Assembly (NCBI GenBank): GCA_001781335.1
Contig: MFLL01000010.1
Coordinates: forward strand, 1-52,679
Length of the DNA stretch: 52,679 nt
Origin: Candidatus Kaiserbacteria bacterium RIFCSPHIGHO2_02_FULL_55_25
GTDB taxonomy: Bacteria; Patescibacteriota; Minisyncoccia; Phycocordibacterales; UBA2100
Direction of reading: 5' to 3'
Positions 46,349-52,679 of the stretch are shown one piece after another; position 1 is the stretch's first letter, and the number at the start of each line of letters is the position of its first letter. The translations under genes were made by a program, and so were the position numbers. The notes under the pieces are model-generated. The model did no database searches, was not told where the DNA came from, and saw nothing but the letters and a program-made list of their open reading frames with translations.

Positions 46349-48058
46349 ATGGTAACGACAATGAGGCAACAGATTTTCCTCGGTGCGATTATTGTTGCGT
46401 GTTTGTTTGTTTTTACTCCGCGTGCGGCCGATGCGGTCGGCTTGGAAGGGGATATTCTTTGCGGAACGAAATACTGTTATCCGGGAAACTGCAAACAGAA
46501 TCCGAAAGATCCGAAATGTGTACCGTGCCCGACCGTAGCTTGCCCCGACAATACGAACGGGTACAAGACTCCGGCGACATGCGTCAGTAGCAAGCCCGGC
46601 AAGTGCGAGGCGAAAGGCGCGGCGGGCGGTGACAAGTTCGGACTCGATTTGGTCAAGCAGGTTCTCGGAAGCCTGATGCAAAAACTCATGCAAGGCGGTC
46701 AGGGTAGTGGGAGCGGCAGTGGGAGCGGGTCGGGTTCGGGAGGCGTACCTATAGACAGGACTCAGCCGACCTGCTCACTCACGTCCACTGTAGACGGTAC
46801 GGACGCCTCAAGTACGAAGGCGACGCTTTCGTGGACGTCTTCGTCCGACGTGACGAGCGCGACAATCAGTCCGGATATCGGTTCGGTGCCGCCGAACGGC
46901 TCACAGCGAGTGTCAGTCACCGAGCCGCTCGCTCTCTACAGTATGACGGTGACGGGGCCCGGCGGAACGGGCGCTTGTTACAAAACAATTTCCGGACCCG
47001 GAGGAGGCGGTGAATGCACCGACATCAGTCGGGCACTCGGGACGTGTGGAGGCGGGGGCGACGGCACGGACACCACGACGGGGGATTTGAATGTGGAGGT
47101 CGCAAGAGGTGACGTGCCGTTCCAAGCGGTGTTCTCGGTGTCCGCCGGAGCGTGCAGGACAGCCGATTTGTTGCTCGACTACGGCGACGGCAGTTCCCCT
47201 GTGACGGTGTTTGTCGCGAACGAAACCACTATGCCCGCCACGTGCACCGGCGAGTCCGTTTCCGCTTCACCAGAGCACACATATCACAACGCCGGCTCCT
47301 ACACAGCCGAGCTCACCAATTCGGCAACACGCTCGGCAGTATCGTCGGTAAACATCACCGCAACCACCCCGCCGCAGGACGAAGACGAAGACGGAGACAA
47401 CACGACACGTCCCGCGGCAACCAACACGTTGCCGGTCATTGTGCCGCAGGGTGTGATACAAGGACTTACCTCGGGGGTGAGCGGCGACATTCAGATACTG
47501 GGAAGCGGCGGCACGATACTCGCGGGTTCGGTGGACCCGAGCGGCAACAGTGTCACCGCGGGTTTCTTCGGCTCAAACACGTACACCGGCCAGCCGACCG
47601 GGGTCATCGTCAATCTCTGCAGGAGTCGTCCGTGGGCGGGCAATATTCTCTCGTACATCCTTCCGGCTTCATTCTTTGACAGTCTGTGCGCACTGCGCGG
47701 CTACCAAGTGGGCATACCGAAGCCCGCCACCCCGACAGTTACCGTTTTCCAGAGTGGTCCAAAAAAGGCGAAGGCGACCACCGTCGCGACGACAACAACG
47801 CCGGTAGTCCCGCCGAAGGTGAACATCTGGGCGGTGCCGGCATCCGTGCCGCTCGGCTCGCGTACCTCGGTATTCTGGAGTTCGCAGGGCGTGACGAACT
47901 GCACTGAAACGTCGCCCGACGGTAGCTTCTCGCAGAATTCGCTTAGCGGCGGGGCTTCCACAGTCGCACTCACCGGCGCAACAACGTTCACGATGTCCTG
48001 CATCGCCCCCGACGGCTCGCATGTGACGGATTACGTGACGGTGAATCTCTCTATCTAA
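46349..48058 (+). CDS. Secreted Cys-rich surface protein with PKD-like domain (paralog Y)
   Basis: Same framework as paralog X, GS-repeat linker, LDYGDGS..HTYHNAGSYTAEL PKD pattern. Confidence 0.85.
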   Translation: MVTTMRQQIFLGAIIVACLFVFTPRAADAVGLEGDILCGTKYCYPGNCKQNPKDPKCVPCPTVACPDNTNGYKTPATCVSSKPGKCEAKGAAGGDKFGLDLVKQVLGSLMQKLMQGGQGSGSGSGSGSGSGGVPIDRTQPTCSLTSTVDGTDASSTKATLSWTSSSDVTSATISPDIGSVPPNGSQRVSVTEPLALYSMTVTGPGGTGACYKTISGPGGGGECTDISRALGTCGGGGDGTDTTTGDLNVEVARGDVPFQAVFSVSAGACRTADLLLDYGDGSSPVTVFVANETTMPATCTGESVSASPEHTYHNAGSYTAELTNSATRSAVSSVNITATTPPQDEDEDGDNTTRPAATNTLPVIVPQGVIQGLTSGVSGDIQILGSGGTILAGSVDPSGNSVTAGFFGSNTYTGQPTGVIVNLCRSRPWAGNILSYILPASFFDSLCALRGYQVGIPKPATPTVTVFQSGPKKAKATTVATTTTPVVPPKVNIWAVPASVPLGSRTSVFWSSQGVTNCTETSPDGSFSQNSLSGGASTVALTGATTFTMSCIAPDGSHVTDYVTVNLSI

Positions 48059-48123
48059 TTCGAGCTTTGCATTCTCTGCGTGTCAGCGGTAAAACCCCGC
48101 TTATGCTATATTTCGTTCCATCG

Positions 48124-48196
48124 CCGCCCATAGCTCAGTTGGTAGAGCAGCGACCTTTTAAGTCGACGGTCCCAGGTTCGATCCCTGGTGGGCGGA
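48124..48196 (+). tRNA. tRNA-Lys(UUU)
   Basis: Acceptor CCGCCCA/TGGGCGG, D arm GCTC/GAGC, anticodon loop CTTTTAA, T arm CCAGG-TTCGATC-CCTGG; CCA not encoded. Confidence 0.95.
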
Positions 48197-48202
48197 CAAA
48201 GA

Positions 48203-48547
48203 TTACAGCGGCAAGTCGAAGGCGATAGCGCCGGCGCCTGTTACCACAAGCGAGAGACACATGACGAGCGCGAGGAGCGCCGTCGAGCGTGGACTCGTGC
48301 GCAGTGAGGGCACAAAATATCCGGCGAGAATGAGAGCGCCCGCGCACAGCGCGACAGCTTGCGTCCATGCGCCCGCGACGAGTGCCGCGGCGACGGCGAT
48401 TTCGACAATGGCGAACACACGCATCGTGAGAGACGGCTCTGAAATGTGCCGCCACGACGCACCGGCAAACAGAATGGCGAGCGCAATGCGGATGATAAAC
48501 GCCGAAAGCGGAGCAAGAAACAGTATTTGCGGGAATAGTGAAAGCAT
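48203..48547 (-). CDS. DoxX-like small membrane protein
   Basis: IIRIALAILF, VEIAVAAALVAGAWTQ, TGAGAIAFD. Confidence 0.75.
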   Translation of the reverse strand: MLSLFPQILFLAPLSAFIIRIALAILFAGASWRHISEPSLTMRVFAIVEIAVAAALVAGAWTQAVALCAGALILAGYFVPSLRTSPRSTALLALVMCLSLVVTGAGAIAFDLPL

Positions 48548-48612
48548 ATGGGTAGGTGTTAGCTCTCAGCTTATAGCTTTTAGAAAATACAACAAGAGGG
48601 TAGCATGCATGG

Positions 48613-49077
48613 ATGGAAATATCGGTACTGCTACATAATATACGCAGCGCGCACAATGTCGGTTCAATATTCCGCACGTGCGACGCCGCAGGTGTTTCGC
48701 GCGTGTATCTCACCGGCTACACGCCGGCGCCGACTGACCGTTTCGGACGTGCGCAAAAAGATATCGCAAAAACGGCCCTCGGCGCCGAGCGCAGCGTGCC
48801 GTGGGAGTACCGCAAAAATCCTTTCACCGTTATCTCAAAATTACGCGACGAGGGCCGACATATCGTTGCGGTTGAACAAACTCCGCGCTCCATCGATTAC
48901 CGGAAGTTCAAAAGCGGGAAACCCACTGTGTTTGTTCTCGGAAATGAAGTGCGCGGGATTTCGAAAAGCATTTTGAACGCGTGCGACTCGGTCGTGGAAA
49001 TCCCCATGCACGGAAAGAAGGAATCACTCAACGTCTCCGTCGCGGCGGGGATTATTTTGTTCGCCGTTGTTCGTTGA
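48613..49077 (+). CDS. SpoU/TrmH-family RNA methyltransferase
   Basis: NIRSAHNVGSIFRT, VLGNEVRGIS, EIPMHGKKESLNVSVA. Confidence 0.93.
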   Translation: MEISVLLHNIRSAHNVGSIFRTCDAAGVSRVYLTGYTPAPTDRFGRAQKDIAKTALGAERSVPWEYRKNPFTVISKLRDEGRHIVAVEQTPRSIDYRKFKSGKPTVFVLGNEVRGISKSILNACDSVVEIPMHGKKESLNVSVAAGIILFAVVR

Positions 49078-49079
49078 AA

Positions 49080-49156
49080 GGACGGGGCACACGTTCTGAA
49101 GCCGAGGACTGTTTGAGCGGAGCGAGTTCCGCAGGCAAGGGACGTGTGTCCCGTCC
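49080..49156. repeat. REP-like long hairpin between convergent genes
   Basis: 17-bp stem 49080-49096/49140-49156 (two G-T pairs) enclosing GAGCGGAGCGA. Confidence 0.65.
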
Positions 49157-49161
49157 CAACA

Positions 49162-50127
49162 CTAGTAGCTTATCGCGGCGACCGTGCGCCCCTGCGCGTC
49201 AAGGAGGCGGATGATGTCGTGCTGATTATCCCAAAGCTCGGAAGCGGACGAGAGGTAGATGCGCCACGTGTCGAGCTCAAATGACGACCGTGAGCGCTCA
49301 ATGTCAACGCAGTTGCTGTAGGTAAACGTATTCACGAGGTACGCGCGACAGCCCGGCGTGAGCGAGGACGGCAGATTGACGGGGAAGCTACACTGCGGCA
49401 GTGAACGCGCGAAATCCATACAGTCGCTTCCGTATTGGTGAAGATTTTCGGCGGTGAGCGGAGCGAGCTCGGAGGACGCGGGGCACGCATTTGCAAGCGC
49501 AGGGTCAAACGACTGCACCTGCTCCAAAAATCCGGTACAGCGGTTTTCGCGGAATGAAACGCCGACGGGCGAGGGGCCAGTCACGACAAGCGCGGTTTGC
49601 CCCGGAGCGAGTACGACGGGTGAGAGTTGATTCACGACGCCGATAATAAACGGTGCCGCCGCGCCGGGAATGGGTACGCGCACGCCGCTTACCATGCTCT
49701 GTAGCGACCATCCTGTGAGCGGGACGGCCGAAATGCCTTCGCGTGCGTCGAGCTCCAGATATTCGTGAACGGTACCGCCTTCTCTCGCGTTTGCCTGCGA
49801 GAGCGCGACCATGCCGCGATAGGGCGAGGGGACTCCGTACGAAGTCTGCGTGCCGCCGCTAGCCGCGCCCGTCTCTTCAGGTGTCTGGTCGAGCTGTGCA
49901 TCTCCCGCATCGGTGAGACCGGAGATATCAGGCCCCTGCGGAATGGCGCTCTGCCACGGGAGATTGATTTGATACGTAGACGTCGCGTTGCCCCAGATGA
50001 TGTCAATGGGATTCGGAATGGTGCGTACGAAGTTTCTGACGCTGGTAAATCCGCCGGCCCACAACCACAGGAGAATAAGCAGAATGACGGCCGAGATGAG
50101 TACCCACTTGATAACGGTCCGTATCAT
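49162..50127 (-). CDS. Membrane-anchored protein with lamin-tail-like segments and Cys pairs
   Basis: N-terminal TM; EYLEL..LTGWSL and LWDNQHDIIRLLDAQGRTV; TATAAT 6 nt before ATG. Confidence 0.75.
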   Translation of the reverse strand: MIRTVIKWVLISAVILLILLWLWAGGFTSVRNFVRTIPNPIDIIWGNATSTYQINLPWQSAIPQGPDISGLTDAGDAQLDQTPEETGAASGGTQTSYGVPSPYRGMVALSQANAREGGTVHEYLELDAREGISAVPLTGWSLQSMVSGVRVPIPGAAAPFIIGVVNQLSPVVLAPGQTALVVTGPSPVGVSFRENRCTGFLEQVQSFDPALANACPASSELAPLTAENLHQYGSDCMDFARSLPQCSFPVNLPSSLTPGCRAYLVNTFTYSNCVDIERSRSSFELDTWRIYLSSASELWDNQHDIIRLLDAQGRTVAAISY

Positions 50128-50134
50128 ATAAGCA

Positions 50135-51433
50135 TTATACGTTCCTCTTGAGAATCTTGCCGAGCTCTTCGCGCACTACTTCACCCTCATTCCACGGACA
50201 TTTCTTCCCGTCAGGTGCGCTTATTTCCGTATCTATCCCCATGCCGGTAATCAAAACGACAACGTCGTCTTGATTACCCCGAGCTTTGTCGAGGGGTGCG
50301 CCCTTCGACAAGCTCAGGGCGATTTCGAGCGCCCTCGAAATCGCCGCGCGTCTGTCCAAAATAATTTCCGGTTTCTTGCTCATGCCACGGGCGATGTCGC
50401 CGGCGATTTTTTCCGGATTCTCATCATACGCGACGTCGTTCGTCACTATGACAGTTTCGCAATAAGTCTCGGCGAGCTTTCCGAGTACGGGGCGTTTCCA
50501 CTTGTCGCGTCCTCCGCCGGTGCATCCGAATACACATATTTTTTTTGCAGAGCCGAAAGTTTTGTACAAGTTTTCAAGCGCTTCCGGTGTGAGCGCATAG
50601 TCCACGACTACGGCAAACTCCTGCCCAGCATCAATGCGGTCCATGCGGCCGGGGATGTTTGTTATTCTTGCGATGCCTTTTTGTATCGCGTCCGCTCCGA
50701 TGCCGAGTGCATGAGCCACTTCCGCCGCCGCGAGCGCGTTTTTGATATAAAACTGACCGCCGAGCTTGACGGACATTTCGGTGCCGTCAAACGTAAAGGT
50801 GCCGCCCAATTCGTCGGCTTTCCACGGCGCCTGTTTATTCAGAGAAAATGCGCGCCGCTTTTCCACGCGGAGCGCGAGATAGCGGGCACCCTGCGAGTCG
50901 TCACCATTCGCTACGATGATACGCGGCCGTTTACCCGACCGCTCCAGTGCACGGCCGATTTCGAATTTTGCGTCCGCGTAGGCCGCAAATGACCCGTGCG
51001 ATTCGATATGCTCCGGCGAGAGATTGGTGAACACGAGCGCGTCCAGCTCGATGCCGCGGTGCCGGTACTGCTGTACGCCCTCCGAGGTCATTTCGACTAT
51101 CGCTACGGTACAGTCGCTCCGGAGCGCGCGCCGGAAGAATCGTTGGATAAAAAACCTGCCGGGCATGGAGCGGCCGGTTGAGGGCAGAGAATGAGTGTCG
51201 ATTTTGACGCGGATGGAATTCGACATAGCCGTCTTGTGTCCGGCCGTTTCGAATATTGAGTTGATGTATTCGGCGGTCGAGGACTTACCATCCGTTCCGG
51301 TGATACCGATGACGGTGAGCCGGCGCGACGGGAATCCGTACACGAGTGCGCCGAGAAGCGCGAGAGAGAAGTGATATGCCGAGAGCAGCGGAGACGGCGT
51401 GAGTCGTCGGAGGAGTTTCTTGATACCGGACAT
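50135..51433 (-). CDS. murE: MurE-like Mur ligase
   Basis: IGITGTDGKSS, EMTSEG, FTNLSPEHIESHG, IPGRMD, VVVDYA, FGCTGGGRDKWKRP. Confidence 0.85.
   Translation of the reverse strand: MSGIKKLLRRLTPSPLLSAYHFSLALLGALVYGFPSRRLTVIGITGTDGKSSTAEYINSIFETAGHKTAMSNSIRVKIDTHSLPSTGRSMPGRFFIQRFFRRALRSDCTVAIVEMTSEGVQQYRHRGIELDALVFTNLSPEHIESHGSFAAYADAKFEIGRALERSGKRPRIIVANGDDSQGARYLALRVEKRRAFSLNKQAPWKADELGGTFTFDGTEMSVKLGGQFYIKNALAAAEVAHALGIGADAIQKGIARITNIPGRMDRIDAGQEFAVVVDYALTPEALENLYKTFGSAKKICVFGCTGGGRDKWKRPVLGKLAETYCETVIVTNDVAYDENPEKIAGDIARGMSKKPEIILDRRAAISRALEIALSLSKGAPLDKARGNQDDVVVLITGMGIDTEISAPDGKKCPWNEGEVVREELGKILKRNV
50277..50320. repeat. Palindromic element inserted in frame within murE
   Basis: CCCGAGCTTTGTCGAGGGG-tgcg-CCCTTCGACAAGCTCAGGG, read as ALSLSKGAPLDKARG. 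Confidence 0.7.
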
Positions 51434-51435
51434 GA

Positions 51436-52008
51436 CTATTTTTTGCCGAGCAGTCTGAGCGCCGCACGCAAACGGTCACTCCCGCCTTCGATGTCGTTGG
51501 GTACTTTGCGCAGTGCGTCGCGCGCTTCTGCCGCCGAGTACCCGAGGCTCCGCATCGCTTCGAGCGCCTCTTGGTCGCCCTTGAGCGCAGCGGGGGAATC
51601 TCCCATTTCCGCGACCACCTTGTCTTTGAGTTCAAGCACAATTTTCTCGGCCGTCTTTTTGCCGATGCCCGACACGGTGGTGAGATAGCCGGCATTGCCC
51701 GCGGATATTGCGCTTCGCAGTGTCTCGACCGATGCGATGTCGAGAACGGCGAGTGCGGATTTTGGGCCGATGCCAGAGACCGTGAGCAGGAGTTCAAAAA
51801 AACGCAGCTCCTCTTCGTGCAAGAATCCGTAGAGGTCGAGCGCGTCTTCGCGCACCGCAAGATAGGTCCAGAGCGAGACCGCGCCGCCAACCTTTGTTCT
51901 CGCAAGGGTTTCTTTGAGTACCGCGACTTTATAGCCGACACCACCCACGGAAAGAACGGCGAATCCCGTGCGGATGCTATGCACCGTGCCTTCGAGGTAA
52001 CCTATCAT
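51436..52008 (-). CDS. ruvA: Holliday junction DNA-binding protein RuvA
   Basis: MIGYLEG, VGGVGY, VREDALDLYGF, VSGIGPKSAL, GIGKKTAEKIVLELKDK. Confidence 0.97.
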   Translation of the reverse strand: MIGYLEGTVHSIRTGFAVLSVGGVGYKVAVLKETLARTKVGGAVSLWTYLAVREDALDLYGFLHEEELRFFELLLTVSGIGPKSALAVLDIASVETLRSAISAGNAGYLTTVSGIGKKTAEKIVLELKDKVVAEMGDSPAALKGDQEALEAMRSLGYSAAEARDALRKVPNDIEGGSDRLRAALRLLGKK

Positions 52009-52116
52009 AAGGTAAGTATCAGGTATCAAGTGCCAAGTAGCAAACAAGTATCAATCCAAAGTATCAAAGACCGTACCACTGTTTACCTGATACTTGATAC
52101 CTGCGACTTGATACTT
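52009..52116 (-). repeat. Inverted heptamer arrays (AAGTATC / GATACTT) upstream of ruvA
   Basis: Minus strand: aagtatc-aagtcgc-aggtatc-aagtatc ... gctactt-ggcactt-gatacct-gatactt-acctt-ATG. Confidence 0.8.
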
Positions 52117-52145
52117 CCGCCCATAGAGTGTAGTATCGGCGGCAC

Positions 52146-52412
52146 ATGGCAAATACATCTTCGGCAAAAAAGGCCCAGCGCGGGAGCGTACGCAAGTACG
52201 TTTTTAATGCGCGCCGCAAGAAGGCGATGAAGGATGCCGTCAAAGAGCTCGGCAAACTCATCACCAAGAAAAGCGCAAAAGATGCCGTTGCCGCTCTTCC
52301 GGAGCTCTACCAGACGATAGACAAGGCCGCCAAGAACGGCACCATCAAGAAGAACACCGCGGCCCGCATGAAGTCGCGTCTCACCAAGCGCGCCGCCGCG
52401 CTCGCCAAGTAG
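52146..52412 (+). CDS. rpsT: 30S ribosomal protein S20
   Basis: MANTSSAKKAQR..IDKAAKNGTIKKNTAARMKSRL. Confidence 0.97.
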   Translation: MANTSSAKKAQRGSVRKYVFNARRKKAMKDAVKELGKLITKKSAKDAVAALPELYQTIDKAAKNGTIKKNTAARMKSRLTKRAAALAK

Positions 52413-52469
52413 CTTCTCCTTCTGTCAGTCGCGGCGAACAAACGCCGTGTGTGCTAGAATGTCCTTTCT

Positions 52470-52679
52470 ATGTTGAAAGAGTTGCAAGACATGGGACTTT
52501 CCGAGAAAGAGGCGCGCGTCTACCTCGCCGCTTTGGAATTGGGACAGACGACAGCAGAAAAACTTGCGAAACACGCCAAGGTCAATCGTTCGACGACCTA
52601 CGTACAGCTGGAATCGCTCATGAAAGTGGGTCTCATGAGCACGCATGAGGAGGGCAAGAAAACGATGTTCGCACCCGAG
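52470..52679 (+). CDS. TrmB-like HTH transcriptional regulator (3'-truncated by window edge)
   Basis: Manual translation MLKELQDMGLSEKEARVYLAALELGQTTAEKLAKHAKVNRSTTYVQLESLMKVGL. Confidence 0.88.
   Translation, partial: MLKELQDMGLSEKEARVYLAALELGQTTAEKLAKHAKVNRSTTYVQLESLMKVGLMSTHEEGKKTMFAPE

Noticed and set aside
48124..48203. tRNA-Lys as an island integration site
   Set aside because: No duplicated tRNA 3' end or integrase seen in the window.

Overview
Chromosomal window around the replication origin of a bacterium whose gene content and style point to Patescibacteria/CPR, probably Parcubacteria (inference). Left to right: pcrA/uvrD (5'-truncated) and rsmA; a ~13 kb T4SS-like locus (VirB6-like, PrgI, VirB4-like ATPase, VirB2-like pilin, several secreted proteins; no relaxase or VirD4 in the window); jag-yidC-rnpA-rpmH / dnaA-oriC-dnaN; a class A PBP, ruvC, yebC, ruvB, pilB, tsaE, polA, holA-like, tRNA-Lys, trmH-like, murE-like, ruvA, rpsT. 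Accessory genes are interspersed: MazG-like, dNK-like, ArsR, VIT1, an HD protein, a RelE/XRE toxin-antitoxin pair and paralogous large secreted proteins. The strongest unexplained signal is a set of intergenic cassettes bounded by inverted arrays of 7-nt repeats. Three consecutive junctions of the T4SS operon carry one: one encloses a four-helix-bundle gene and two enclose a near-identical core with a 21-codon mini-ORF. In all three the next ATG begins exactly 7 nt after the start of the last CTA unit. A fourth cassette with a different heptamer precedes ruvA. Other candidates: two large structured non-coding RNAs (about 28.1-28.4 kb and 38.2-38.5 kb), a duplicated small-membrane-protein plus secreted HExxH-peptidase module, a synonymously recoded duplicate of the pilB 3' end bracketing the TA pair, and an in-frame palindromic insertion in murE. 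All family calls are by eye from motifs; no searches were run.
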